DNA of 64,000 nt from Rickettsiales bacterium (lineage in GTDB: Bacteria; Pseudomonadota; Alphaproteobacteria; Rickettsiales; SXRF01): contig JAOAUZ010000005.1 in the NCBI GenBank assembly GCA_025464625.1, positions 203-64,202 on the forward strand, read 5' to 3'. A program made the translations under genes and the position numbers. Numbering within the stretch: the stretch's first letter is position 1; every line of letters starts with the position of its first letter. Positions 47,805 through 57,485 of the stretch are shown here, piece after piece. The notes below the pieces were generated by a model that saw only the letters and a list, made by a program, of their open reading frames with translations, did no database searches and was not told the DNA's origin.

Positions 47805-48590
47805 ATGAGAGCATTAGACATAGCGGCGACTGGGATGCATGCGCAGCAGCTTTATGTAGATGTTACGTCACAAAACTTGGCGAATATCAACACAACTGCT
47901 TATAAATTGCAGCGTCCAGAGTTTCAGGATTTGCTCTATCAGAATGAGAAGCGTGTTGGCACAAATTCCGCTGATTCTGGAACGATTGTGCCGACTGGTA
48001 TTCAGATTGGTCTTGGTGTTAAAACTGGTGCTATTTACCGCAACACTAACCAAGGGACACTGCAAAATACTAGCAACTCTCTTGATGTTGCAATTCAGGG
48101 CAAAGGCTTTTTACAGATAACTTTACCAACTGGCGAATTGGCATATACTCGCGCGGGTGCGCTGCAATTAAGCCCAGACGGAACAATCGTGACTTCTGAC
48201 GGTAATCAGGTTGAGCCTGCAATCACCATTCCACCAACTGCCACCGCTATCAGTATCAACCAATCTGGCGAAGTATTCGCTACTATTCCCAACCAAGTTG
48301 CTCCACAAAATTTAGGTCAGTTCCAAACTGCGAGCTTTATCAATGAAGCTGGCTTGCAGGCTATTGGCGGTAATATGTATATGGAAACTGTTGCTTCTGG
48401 CGCGCCAGTTACTGGTACACCGGGGACTAATGGTTACGGCACGATTCTACAAGGTTATTTGGAAAGCTCAAACGTGGATGCAGTTACCGAGCTTACTAAT
48501 CTTATCAAAGCCCAGCGCGTTTATGAAATGAACAGCAAGGTGATTTCTAAATCTGATGAAATGCTGCAAAACCTAAATCAGAGCGTATAA
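47805..48590 (+). CDS. flgG: flagellar basal-body rod protein FlgG
   Basis: 'MRALDIAATGM.AQQ..VDV.SQNLANINTTAYK', C-terminal 'LESSNVD.V.EL..LI.AQR.YE.NSKVI'; 261 aa. Confidence 0.94.
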   Translation: MRALDIAATGMHAQQLYVDVTSQNLANINTTAYKLQRPEFQDLLYQNEKRVGTNSADSGTIVPTGIQIGLGVKTGAIYRNTNQGTLQNTSNSLDVAIQGKGFLQITLPTGELAYTRAGALQLSPDGTIVTSDGNQVEPAITIPPTATAISINQSGEVFATIPNQVAPQNLGQFQTASFINEAGLQAIGGNMYMETVASGAPVTGTPGTNGYGTILQGYLESSNVDAVTELTNLIKAQRVYEMNSKVISKSDEMLQNLNQSV

Positions 48591-48594
48591 AATC

Positions 48595-49392
48595 ATGAAA
48601 AAATATTTTTCTCTTTTTGTATTCTCATTATTGTTTCCTTTTTCCGCTGTGGCGGAAGATGCTGCATCATCACAGCCTGTATCTTATATTTTTAACATAA
48701 CTTATGAAGATGCGCAGGATGCAATAGGAAAAGCACTCACGGAAAAATTAACAGCGGAAACGACAGCTGGACAGACTATTGCAGCGACCATAAACAGCAA
48801 AAAATCAGCACCTTTATATTCGTCTAATAAGCCTGTCAACGTTGAGATACGCGGTCTGCGTTCAGATAATAAAAATAATAGCTGGAGCGCGAACATGGTT
48901 ATCACAGGCGAGGACAGTGTGGTTAGCGCGCTGCCGCTTGCGGGAAGATATACGGTGATGAGCGAAGTTCCCGTGCTTAAACGACAAGTTCGCAATGGCG
49001 AAGTTATTAGCGAGTCGGATATTGAGCTTAAACCATTTCCAGTTGGGCGTAATTACAGCGATACGGTGAGTGATATTTCAAGTTTGATCGGCAGAACTCC
49101 AGTGCGAGGTATTTCTCCTAACCGTCCGATTCGCAGCAGTGAAATATCTTCTCCCGCGCTTATAAAAAAGAATGCTCTGGTGCAGATGCGCTATAAAACC
49201 GAGAGCATGGAAATAACTACCACTGGGCAAGCTCTTACTGATGGTGCTAAGGACGATGTTATAGAAGTGCGTAATGTTACCAGCAAAAAGGTGGCTCGGG
49301 CAGTGGTTACAGAAAGCAATATCGTTGATGTTATGGCTCAGGGTGTCCAGACCAGCCAGATAACACCGCCAGTAACGCCAATTAATTATTAG
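48595..49392 (+). CDS. flgA: flagellar basal body P-ring formation chaperone FlgA
   Basis: Signal peptide and a SAF-like C-terminal region ('..IKKNALVQM.Y....MEITT.GQAL.DGA.DDVIEVRN..S.K...A.V'). Position is between flgG and flgH. Confidence 0.8.
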   Translation: MKKYFSLFVFSLLFPFSAVAEDAASSQPVSYIFNITYEDAQDAIGKALTEKLTAETTAGQTIAATINSKKSAPLYSSNKPVNVEIRGLRSDNKNNSWSANMVITGEDSVVSALPLAGRYTVMSEVPVLKRQVRNGEVISESDIELKPFPVGRNYSDTVSDISSLIGRTPVRGISPNRPIRSSEISSPALIKKNALVQMRYKTESMEITTTGQALTDGAKDDVIEVRNVTSKKVARAVVTESNIVDVMAQGVQTSQITPPVTPINY

Positions 49393-49409
49393 GGAAGTAT
49401 GTGGTGTAT

Positions 49410-50159
49410 ATGAAAAATTATAAATTATTGCCAATACTTCTTCTATCAACGATGCTTGCTGGATGCACCAGCACGCTGGATAAATTGGATGATATAGGTA
49501 AGCAGCCCAAAATGGCGGCGGTCTCAAACCCAACCGAGCAGCCAGCCTATAAGCCAATGACATGGCCAACACCAGAAACTGCGCCACCACAAAAACAATA
49601 TGCTAATTCTTTGTGGCAACCAGGTGCGCGGGCGTTTTTTCGCGATCAACGGGCAGCAAGGATAGGTGATATACTCAGAGTGAATATCAAAATCGGTGAT
49701 AAGGCAGAAGTTGACAATGCAACCGAGCGCAAACGCGATACTACTGAATCAGTTGCTGCTCCGATTGTTTATGGCTTCCAGAATAAGATAGCCAGTTTTC
49801 TGCCAGATAGGGCAGATCCCGCTAAACTTATGGATATTACTGGGGCAACAAACAGTAAAGGTAACGGCAGCGTAAAACGTAAGGAAACTATCGAAACGCA
49901 GGTTGCTGCGCTGATTACACAGGTTTTGCCTAATGGTAATTTCGTGATTGATGGCAGCCAAGAAATACGCATCAATTTTGAAGTTCGTGAAGTATCGGTT
50001 AAAGGTGTGGTTCGCCCAGAGGATATTAAATCTGATAATACCATTGATTCCAGTCAGATTGCTGAATCACGGATTACTTACGGCGGACGCGGTCAGCTCA
50101 CCGATATGCAGCAGCCACGTTGGGGTAGTCAAGTCGTAGAAACCCTTGCACCGTTCTAA
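49410..50159 (+). CDS. flgH: flagellar L-ring lipoprotein FlgH
   Basis: Lipobox 'STMLAGC', 'FRDQRAARIGDILRVNI', 'ISVKGVVRPEDI..DNTI.S..IA...I.YGG.G'. Confidence 0.92.
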   Translation: MKNYKLLPILLLSTMLAGCTSTLDKLDDIGKQPKMAAVSNPTEQPAYKPMTWPTPETAPPQKQYANSLWQPGARAFFRDQRAARIGDILRVNIKIGDKAEVDNATERKRDTTESVAAPIVYGFQNKIASFLPDRADPAKLMDITGATNSKGNGSVKRKETIETQVAALITQVLPNGNFVIDGSQEIRINFEVREVSVKGVVRPEDIKSDNTIDSSQIAESRITYGGRGQLTDMQQPRWGSQVVETLAPF

Positions 50160-50268
50160 ATTCTACTAGTCTTTGCTGCAAGTAACCGTTCCCTGCGCTT
50201 CCGCTAAAGCCTAGCAAATTTCATTGCTTCGCGCTTTTTTGCCAAAATTAGTTTAGGTAAAATTCTTT

Positions 50269-50354
50269 CTTCTCCCTCTCCCTCTGGGAGAGGGTGGGGT
50301 GAGGGCAGTAAAAAGAAAGCCCTCATCCTAACTTTCTCCCAGAGGGAGAGGGGA
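50269..50354. repeat. ORF-less doublet of the DUF559-element inverted repeats (12-bp spacer)
   Basis: cttctccctctccctctgggagagggtggggtgagggc-agtaaaaagaaa-gccctcatcctaactttctcccagagggagagggga. The left arm nearly equals IR 28290-28328. Confidence 0.75.
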
Positions 50355-50359
50355 CTTGG

Positions 50360-50436
50360 TGTCATCACCGCGCAGGCGGTGATCTCTATTTATTGTTGTG
50401 TTCGACGAAGAGATTCCTGCCTACGCAGGAATGACA
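50360..50436. repeat. GTCAT double-hairpin palindromic element, copy D (GC-stem subtype)
   Basis: tgtcat-caccgc-gcag-gcggtg-atctct ... agagat-tcctgc-ctac-gcagga-atgaca. Confidence 0.8.
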
Positions 50437-50478
50437 AAGTGGAAGGTGTTTCAGGAAAATATCGGACTAAGGATTAGA

Positions 50479-50931
50479 CTAGATGCTCATGCTCTGAGAC
50501 TTGCCCGCACCCATGGTTGGGGTGGCAGCAGGGGCAAATGTTCCGATATCAGCAGCGGCAACTTCTGTTACCTTCATGCTGTTAGCAGATGACCCAGCAG
50601 CGCGCACCTGCTCTTGAACTCGTTCAGGAACCATGCTTTTTTCTAGCTGTAGAGATTGACCTTTAGCTTGGAGATTTTCACTTTTTCCAGAACTTAGAGG
50701 TGGAGCACTGGAAGGGTCGCCAGATAGACCTTTACCACCAACATCAACGATAGCAGATTTCCCCATCCCTCTAACCTCAGCAGTTGCAGCATCCAAGGCA
50801 CCACCAGCTCTTTCAATTATACCATTTATCATGTCATCAAAACTTTTGAGCGCAGCACCACCGACCTTATCGAGCAACGGAGTTGCAGGAGGATTAGTCG
50901 CAAATTGTATTTGTTGTGGGTCTAGAGACAT
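50479..50931 (-). CDS. hypothetical protein, Ala/Gly/Ser-rich, no signal peptide
   Basis: 150-aa ORF bracketed by repeats D and E and adjacent to the flagellar cluster. No motif recognised. Confidence 0.45.
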   Translation of the reverse strand: MSLDPQQIQFATNPPATPLLDKVGGAALKSFDDMINGIIERAGGALDAATAEVRGMGKSAIVDVGGKGLSGDPSSAPPLSSGKSENLQAKGQSLQLEKSMVPERVQEQVRAAGSSANSMKVTEVAAADIGTFAPAATPTMGAGKSQSMSI

Positions 50932-51033
50932 ATATAAATATCCTTCTTACCAATTAATATATTTTCATAATAACCCACGGCGTTTACTATTTCAAAGGAA
51001 TAATACGTCAGTTTTGTGAAGGTTTTATGACAG

Positions 51034-51124
51034 TGTCATCCTGTGGAACGCGAAGCGTTAGCACAGGATCTTGTGCAGTAACGCTGAGATCCTGCGCTGC
51101 AACCTTGTCGCCCGCAGGATGACA
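51034..51124. repeat. GTCAT double-hairpin palindromic element, copy E (GC-stem subtype, long loops)
   Basis: tgtcat-cctgtg-(16 nt)-cacagg-atc ... gat-cctgcg-(16 nt)-cgcagg-atgaca. Lies 7 bp after the carboxypeptidase stop. Confidence 0.8.
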
Positions 51125-51130
51125 AAACCA

Positions 51131-52132
51131 TCAAAAAGCGCGTGCCAAGCTCGCAGTTTCACTGGATGGCGACTCGTCTTTTGATTCAACATCCTGATTT
51201 TCCGTAATAGTTTTCTGTTTGCCCTCTAATTGGGCAAAGGTTCTGTCCAGCATGTCTATCATGGCATTGTCGCGGGCGGTGGCTGACGTTCCACCCATAA
51301 TTACTGCCACTAAATTATAGCCGTCTTTTTTCACTGAGGTTACCAGATTAAAGCCAGAAGCGCGGATATAGCCAGTTTTAATGCCATCTGCACCAGCATA
51401 ACGCTGCATAACGCGGTTATGCCCCGGATAGGTGATACCATCATAGGAAAAAGACTGCATCTTAAACATCGGGTAATATTCAGGGAAATCACGGCGCAGG
51501 GCGATTCCAAGCTTCGCCATATCATAGGCGGTGGTTCGCTGTTGGTCGTCGGGCAGACCGTTTGGATTACGGAATACAGTGTCTTTCATGCCTAAAGCCC
51601 TAGCTTTTTGTGTCATCATCAGGGAAAAGTTCCACACTGTGCCACCAAGCTCTTCCGCTAGAACAACCGACGAATCATTTGCCGAGCGAACGATTAAACT
51701 TTCGATTGCTGTTTTAACAGGCAGGCGTTCACCAGCTGTAAGTGATATATTGGTTTGTGGCTGCCCCGCTGCTTTTTCGGAAACAGGCAGCGTATCACCC
51801 ATCTGTAGCTTGCCTTTTTTCAGGGCATCGAAGGTGAGGTATAGCGTCATCATTTTGGTAAGAGATGCTGGGTAACGTATAGCATCCGCGTTCTTTTCAT
51901 ATAGAATATGCCCATTACTGGCATCAACTACCAGTGCCGAAAAGCGCGGTTGTGTTGCCACATTTGAGGTTTTTCTGGCGTATTTTCTATGCGAGCTTTT
52001 TTTGTAGTTTTTAAGACTTACATTTTTCGTTGCCTTACGATATTGCTTCGCCTCTGCATCATAAGGGGTTGCAATCGATACAGGGAGAAAGAACAGCCCC
52101 GCCAGTAAAACTATACGCAGATTCCAGCCCAT
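51131..52132 (-). CDS. D-alanyl-D-alanine carboxypeptidase (peptidase S11, PBP5/6-like)
   Basis: Signal peptide, 'PASLTKMMT' (SxxK), 'SANDS' (SxN), 'IKTGY' (KTG). Confidence 0.88.
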   Translation of the reverse strand: MGWNLRIVLLAGLFFLPVSIATPYDAEAKQYRKATKNVSLKNYKKSSHRKYARKTSNVATQPRFSALVVDASNGHILYEKNADAIRYPASLTKMMTLYLTFDALKKGKLQMGDTLPVSEKAAGQPQTNISLTAGERLPVKTAIESLIVRSANDSSVVLAEELGGTVWNFSLMMTQKARALGMKDTVFRNPNGLPDDQQRTTAYDMAKLGIALRRDFPEYYPMFKMQSFSYDGITYPGHNRVMQRYAGADGIKTGYIRASGFNLVTSVKKDGYNLVAVIMGGTSATARDNAMIDMLDRTFAQLEGKQKTITENQDVESKDESPSSETASLARAF

Positions 52133-52270
52133 GCGGTTATCAGCCCCTTTTTAAATTTCTACATGACTATTCTATACAAAATATAGTGTACATGTGAAGC
52201 CTAAATCGCAACACATTTTTAACAGAGAAAAATATGAGAATGTTTGGGCGTTTATTTGAGTAAAATTAAT

Positions 52271-52283
52271 AATGCTGCACTGC
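52271..52283. promoter_or_regulatory. candidate PhaR-type operator, copy 1 (aatgCTGCactGCa)
   Basis: 13-nt exact repeat of 52388-52400, in the intergenic region upstream of the phasin gene. Confidence 0.35.
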
Positions 52284-52387
52284 AACATATTAAAATACAA
52301 ACACAATTTTGTTCCATATAAAATCAAATTATTCATAGTATCTGAACTTGACATTTTGCAGGGTTTCCAGTACAGTGTCCCAACTTA

Positions 52388-52400
52388 AATGCTGCACTGC
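52388..52400. promoter_or_regulatory. candidate PhaR-type operator, copy 2 (aatgCTGCactGCg)
   Basis: About 70 bp upstream of the phasin ATG at 52471. Confidence 0.35.
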
Positions 52401-52470
52401 GTCAATTGTGTTTTTGGTGGCGTATGCGAATATTTATCTTAAACAAGACGAACACAATGGAGAAGTTATT

Positions 52471-53088
52471 ATGACTCAACAAGCAAAGAAAGCACCTAGT
52501 CAGCCAGCTGTAAAGCTTGCTTCTAACGTTGCTAATAAGGCTACAAAAAATACTATTTCTGCGGTGGAATCTACCCGCAGTTCAGCGGAGAGCGTTGTTA
52601 AAATCAGCAGCAATGCTGTGAAAGACCTTCTTGCCAACAGCACATCTGAGGCTCAAAAGGCACAAGAAAAAGCTTTTGAAATGGGTCGTGAAAGTGCGGA
52701 GCAGATTTCAAAATCAGCGGATGCAATGACAAAATCACTGTATGAAGCTATTTCTATTTCGCGTGACAATGTTGAAGCAGCGATTGAGTGCGGAAATCTT
52801 ACCGCGTCTCTAGCTAAAGACGTGAGCAGCGAAATTATTGAATATGCTAATAAAGCGTTTTCTGATAACATCGAAATCTCAAAAAATATTTTTGCATGCC
52901 GTACCATTAACGACATGGTCGAACTGCAAAATAAAATTGTAAAAAGTTCTATTGATAGCTTTTTCAATCAATCAAGCAAATTAACTGGCATGTTGTTTGA
53001 ATACAGCTCAGAAGCGTTTGAGCCGATCAATGAGCGTGTTTCTCAGGCAACTGAGCAACTGAGCAAAGCATTGTCTGAAGTTGCCTAA
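52471..53088 (+). CDS. phasin family protein (PHA granule-associated)
   Basis: Start at ATG 52471, after ggagaag. All-helical, Ala/Ser/Glu/Lys-rich, with '..RTINDMVELQNKIVKSSIDSFFNQSSKLTGMLFEYSSEAFEPINERV', which resembles the Phasin_2 core. Confidence 0.65.
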   Translation: MTQQAKKAPSQPAVKLASNVANKATKNTISAVESTRSSAESVVKISSNAVKDLLANSTSEAQKAQEKAFEMGRESAEQISKSADAMTKSLYEAISISRDNVEAAIECGNLTASLAKDVSSEIIEYANKAFSDNIEISKNIFACRTINDMVELQNKIVKSSIDSFFNQSSKLTGMLFEYSSEAFEPINERVSQATEQLSKALSEVA

Positions 53089-53110
53089 CTTTTAGTTTTG
53101 AAGTAATATG

Positions 53111-53147
53111 AAAAGCCCTGCCAAACAGACTGGCGGGGCTTTTTTTG
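53111..53147 (+). terminator. intrinsic terminator after the phasin gene
   Basis: agccctgcca-aacagac-tggcggggct stem (one G.T pair) followed by TTTTTTT. Confidence 0.75.
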
Positions 53148-53168
53148 TCTACAGTTCTCTACAAGAAA

Positions 53169-53237
53169 TGTCATATTGAGCGCAGCGAAATATCTCTATA
53201 AACTGCAAGGAGATTCTTCGCTACGCTCAGAATGACA
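53169..53237. repeat. GTCAT double-hairpin palindromic element, copy F (GAG..CGA-loop subtype)
   Basis: tgtc-atattgag-cgcag-cgaaatat-ctc ... gag-attcttcg-ctacg-ctcagaat-gaca. Lies 7 bp from the dsbD stop. Confidence 0.85.
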
Positions 53238-53243
53238 AAACAA

Positions 53244-54980
53244 CTACTGTGAAATAGCATTTATCACAGTTTCTTCACTTAATATCTGTGGTAACACTGT
53301 CGGCTCTCCGCCACCTGCTGGATAGAATACATTAAGTGGTACACCATTATAGCCAAACTTGCGCAGAAATTCTGTTATTTCTGGATTTTTACTAGTCCAA
53401 TCTGCAACCATTAAAGTTACATTATTATCTTTGAACGCTTGCTGGGTACGTTTTGTATCCAGTGCTATTTTCTTATTTAATTGACAGGTGATGCACCATG
53501 CAGCAGTGGCATCAACATAAACGGCTTTTCCTTCAGCGCGTAACTCAGCAAGTGCTGCTCTAGAAAAGGAAGTTGATTGTGATTCTTGAGTCTCATTTTT
53601 TCCCAGTACAAAAATTATAGCAGCGAGCATCACAGCGGTGGCAAAGATGGTGAAAATACGGTGTAACAAATTGCACTGTGCATTCATGCGCTGTAGCCAG
53701 ATTATAAAGGTTATCAGCAGTAAACCGCAGAGTATAAGCGCAACGCCGTCAGCTCCTGTTTGTTTGCCTAGAACCCAGATTAGCCAGATAACAGAAGCAT
53801 ACATAGGGAAGGCAAGCAGTTCTTTGAAACGCTCCATCCATGCCCCTTGTTTGGGAAGAAAGCGCAGCAGGCTGGGGAAAATGCTGATTAGCAAAAACGG
53901 CAAAGCCAGCCCAAAACCAAGTGAAAGAAAAACTAGCATTGCTGCCCAAGCAGGCAAGGTAAGTGCTGCCCCAACAGCCGATGCCATGAACGGTGCGGTG
54001 CAAGGTGTGGCAACTAAAGTGGCGAGTATTCCTGTAAGGAAGCTGCCACGCAGGGTGTTTTCATTGAGATTATTACCAACTCCACCAAGCACTACAGGCA
54101 GATGAAATAATCCAGACAGGTTAAGTCCAACGAGGAATAATAAATATATCAAAAAGCCAATAAAGGTGGGTGACTGCATCTGAAAACCCCAGCCGATAGC
54201 TTCCCCACCTTGTTGCAGTGCTATAAGGACGCTGGCAATGACCGCGAATGAAGCTAGTATTCCAACTGTATATGCTACCCCATATTTTGCCGTATGGGCG
54301 CGGGCGTGACCAGATTTTTTGACTAGCGCAAAGGTCTTTAGAGATAAAACAGGAAGTACGCAAGGCATGACATTTAGTATAAGCCCACCGAGCAGAGCCA
54401 GTGCGAGGGTAATAATAAGGGAAAGTGGAGTAACATCAGGTGTGGGTATTTTTTGCTGTGTAAATAATGATGCTTCTGGTGATGGAGAAACATCGCCAAC
54501 TGGCAATTCTATATTCAGAGTTTGTGATTCGGGAATACATATTTCGTTACACGCCAGCCACTCAGCATTCACTGTAAAACTATATGATTTATCATGCAAT
54601 TTTTTTGGCACGGTTATGGTGACGGGAAGCAGTGTTTCACCAGTATAGCCATAAGTTGTTAGGTAGCCTTCGGCAAATTTTGTTGGCTCTGGCCAGTCTA
54701 TTTCACCAGCAGAAAAACCATTAGGAAGCTGCCATTTTAATTTGGTGGGAAGCCCTGCGTCGCCAGAGTTTTTATGGTAAGTATGCCAACCATCAGGTGC
54801 ATTAAGAAGAACGCCAAGCCTTATATTTTTTCCTTCTGCAATCGCAGAAGATTCACTGATAAGCGTTGCCTGTACGTTGTTTTTTGCATAGGCAGGATAA
54901 ACAAAAACACACAGCAGCGCTATAATTGCTACTGCTTGCAGAAACAGACGATAAGGCAATGACAAATTTGAATTGGTCAT
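53244..54980 (-). CDS. dsbD: thiol:disulfide interchange protein DsbD
   Basis: 'NVMPCVLPVLSLK', 'ATPCTAPFM', C-terminal thioredoxin 'AAWCITCQ'; 578 aa. Confidence 0.9.
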   Translation of the reverse strand: MTNSNLSLPYRLFLQAVAIIALLCVFVYPAYAKNNVQATLISESSAIAEGKNIRLGVLLNAPDGWHTYHKNSGDAGLPTKLKWQLPNGFSAGEIDWPEPTKFAEGYLTTYGYTGETLLPVTITVPKKLHDKSYSFTVNAEWLACNEICIPESQTLNIELPVGDVSPSPEASLFTQQKIPTPDVTPLSLIITLALALLGGLILNVMPCVLPVLSLKTFALVKKSGHARAHTAKYGVAYTVGILASFAVIASVLIALQQGGEAIGWGFQMQSPTFIGFLIYLLFLVGLNLSGLFHLPVVLGGVGNNLNENTLRGSFLTGILATLVATPCTAPFMASAVGAALTLPAWAAMLVFLSLGFGLALPFLLISIFPSLLRFLPKQGAWMERFKELLAFPMYASVIWLIWVLGKQTGADGVALILCGLLLITFIIWLQRMNAQCNLLHRIFTIFATAVMLAAIIFVLGKNETQESQSTSFSRAALAELRAEGKAVYVDATAAWCITCQLNKKIALDTKRTQQAFKDNNVTLMVADWTSKNPEITEFLRKFGYNGVPLNVFYPAGGGEPTVLPQILSEETVINAISQ

Positions 54981-55601
54981 TTATTTTTTTACTTCTTCCT
55001 GTTTTTTACGATCAATATTTACGCCTTCGGTTTGCACCTCAATGCGCACTTCATCGCCAACCAGTGGCAGATATTCTTTCATGCCAAAATCTGAGCGTTT
55101 TAGTGTTGCACTGGCACTGAATCCCGCCACAAAATTTTTGGTAAAAGGGTGATAATCAGCCTTGTTAAAACGCACTATAAGTTTTGTTGGTTTGCTAACA
55201 CCAAGCATAGTTACAACACCATCAACCTCACCAGTATTTTCACCAGTTTTCTTTACTTTTTTGCTCACAAATTTAATAGTTGGGAATTGGTCAGATTTGA
55301 AAAATTTTTCACCTTGCAGTTCACTATCAAGTTTGCTGCTGCTGGTGCGAATACCACTTGGTTTTAAGGTAACATCAATAGAACTTTCCTCTGGTTTTGT
55401 TTGGTCGAAGGTAAAATTGCCGTCATAATCTGTAAATTCGCCTATTGTCTCAGAATATCCCAGATGATTTATATAAAATAAAATTTTAGTATGAGATTTA
55501 TCAAATTCATATTTATCAGCAGCGAATACAGGGTAAGCAAGAACTGTCGTCGCGATAGCTGTAAATGCGAATGCAGTATTTTTCATAAGTTTCATAAACA
55601 A
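54981..55601 (-). CDS. YceI family periplasmic protein
   Basis: Signal peptide, 'YEFDKSHTKILFYINHLGYSE..GEF'. The stop abuts the dsbD start. Confidence 0.85.
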   Translation of the reverse strand: MFMKLMKNTAFAFTAIATTVLAYPVFAADKYEFDKSHTKILFYINHLGYSETIGEFTDYDGNFTFDQTKPEESSIDVTLKPSGIRTSSSKLDSELQGEKFFKSDQFPTIKFVSKKVKKTGENTGEVDGVVTMLGVSKPTKLIVRFNKADYHPFTKNFVAGFSASATLKRSDFGMKEYLPLVGDEVRIEVQTEGVNIDRKKQEEVKK

Positions 55602-55607
55602 TCTCCT

Positions 55608-56159
55608 TCAGTGATGTGAAAGTTTTTTGGTGAAGCTAATATAATCCTTTATGATATTAAAAAAAAGCTCTTGTTGTGCTTTGTCTTTTAATTCACCTGT
55701 TTCAGTAAACGCATTTTGGGCGTGCGATAGTGGAAAAACCTTGTGAAACACGATCATATGTAGTGCTTCCAGTGGTGATTTTAGTTGTTGCAGTCCAGCG
55801 ATGCCACCGCGCGCGCCAGTAGTTGCGGACATAATCAGCAAAGTTTTTCCAACTAGTGGGTTGGGTTTTATAAGTGATGTCCAGTCGATGATATTTTTTA
55901 GCGAACCTGGGAATGACCAGTTATATTCAGGCATGGAGATTATTATTCCATCAGCACTTGCAGCGCGCTGGGCAAAACTTAAAGTGGATTCGGGCTGGCA
56001 GTCAGCAAGAGTATCATTATAAATCGGCATATCAAACTCGCCATATTCAGCAACATCAATTTCTGCGCCAAGAGAGCGGATTTTTTGTGTCGCCAGTGCA
56101 ATCAGTTTTTTATTCAGAGATTCTGGGCGATGAGAAGCTGCAAAAGCTAGGAATTTCAT
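55608..56159 (-). CDS. NADPH-dependent FMN reductase family protein
   Basis: '[19 protein letters not shown]', '[17 protein letters not shown]'. Confidence 0.82.
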   Translation of the reverse strand: MKFLAFAASHRPESLNKKLIALATQKIRSLGAEIDVAEYGEFDMPIYNDTLADCQPESTLSFAQRAASADGIIISMPEYNWSFPGSLKNIIDWTSLIKPNPLVGKTLLIMSATTGARGGIAGLQQLKSPLEALHMIVFHKVFPLSHAQNAFTETGELKDKAQQELFFNIIKDYISFTKKLSHH

Positions 56160-56758
56160 TTTTGACTCTCCAAATAGCGTAAGAATTTTTCAAAGGCTCG
56201 CGCGCGGTGGCTCATTGCGTGTTTTTTTGCGGAATCCATTTCCGCGAAAGTTATATCATATTTTTCTGGAATAAAGATAGGGTCATAACCAAAACCATGC
56301 TCACCGCGTGGTGGAAAAGTAAGCGTACCGTCTATGCGTCCTTCAAAAACTTGTGTGGTTTTATCAGGAAGAGCAAGACATAAAGCGCAGACAAAATACG
56401 CCGCAACCCCATTGGCATTTGGGATATTTTTTTCTGCCAGTTCTTTTTTAATTCGTGTAAAAGCAGCATCAAAATTTTTGTCAGCTCCTGCCCATCTTGC
56501 TGAGTAAATTCCCGGTGCGCCGCCAAGTTCTGGTATGGCAAGACCAGAATCATCAGCAAGAGCAGGAAGCCCAGTTTTTTCAGCGGTATTTAATGCTTTG
56601 AGGATTGCATTTTCGGCGAAGGTAAGCCCAGTTTCTTCTGGCTCGTCAACATTCATTTCCGCAGCAGAAACCACGCTCAAACCGAGTGGCGCGATTAACT
56701 CAGCAATTTCTTTTACTTTGCCTTTGTTGTGGCTGGCGATGACGATTTTTTTGAACAT
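56156..56758 (-). CDS. rdgB: dITP/XTP pyrophosphatase (RdgB/HAM1)
   Basis: '[14 protein letters not shown]', 'ADDSGL.I..L.G.PG.YSAR', 'GFGYDPIF'. Confidence 0.93.
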   Translation of the reverse strand: MFKKIVIASHNKGKVKEIAELIAPLGLSVVSAAEMNVDEPEETGLTFAENAILKALNTAEKTGLPALADDSGLAIPELGGAPGIYSARWAGADKNFDAAFTRIKKELAEKNIPNANGVAAYFVCALCLALPDKTTQVFEGRIDGTLTFPPRGEHGFGYDPIFIPEKYDITFAEMDSAKKHAMSHRARAFEKFLRYLESQK

Positions 56759-56760
56759 TG

Positions 56761-57483
56761 TTATTTTATACTTTCAATTGCCTGTAACTGTGCTTTTGCC
56801 AGTTGCGCTATTCCTGATTTTGCCAGAGAAAACAAGTCGGCAAATTGATCTTCTTCAACAGGATTTTCTTCGGCGGTGCATTGGATTTCGATAATTTTTC
56901 CATCAGCCGTCAGCACAAAGTTGGCATCCATTGTGGCGACACTGTCTTCATCATAATCCAGATCCAGAACTGGTGTTCCTTTATAAATTCCACAGGAAAT
57001 AGCTGCTACCTGCCCGATAATTGGTGATTGTTTTATTACACCGCTTTTAAGCAGAGAATTAACCGCGTGATGCAGTGCTACATACGCTCCTGTGATAGAG
57101 GCAGTGCGCGTTCCACCATCAGCTTCGATAACATCGCAATCAATAGTGATCTGGCGTTCACCAAGCATTTTTAGATCTACCACCGAGCGTAAGCTACGAC
57201 CAATCAAACGCTGTATTTCCTGCGTGCGCCCAGACTGTTTGCCTTTGGCAGCTTCACGCGGAACGCGGCTGTTAGTGGCGCGTGGCAACATGCCATATTC
57301 AGCAGTCACCCAACCTTTACCAGTATTTTTTAGAAAGCTTGGTACACCAGCTTCTATTGTGGCGGTACATAATACATGAGTATTGCCACATTGAATGAGG
57401 CATGATCCTTCAGCATTACGGCTGAAGCCAGCGGTGAGGGTGAGGGGGCGGAGAGCATCGGGTAGGCGTTTTGATGGGCGCAT
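56761..57483 (-). CDS. rph: ribonuclease PH
   Basis: '[38 protein letters not shown]', '[18 protein letters not shown]'. Confidence 0.96.
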   Translation of the reverse strand: MRPSKRLPDALRPLTLTAGFSRNAEGSCLIQCGNTHVLCTATIEAGVPSFLKNTGKGWVTAEYGMLPRATNSRVPREAAKGKQSGRTQEIQRLIGRSLRSVVDLKMLGERQITIDCDVIEADGGTRTASITGAYVALHHAVNSLLKSGVIKQSPIIGQVAAISCGIYKGTPVLDLDYDEDSVATMDANFVLTADGKIIEIQCTAEENPVEEDQFADLFSLAKSGIAQLAKAQLQAIESIK

Positions 57484-57485
57484 TA

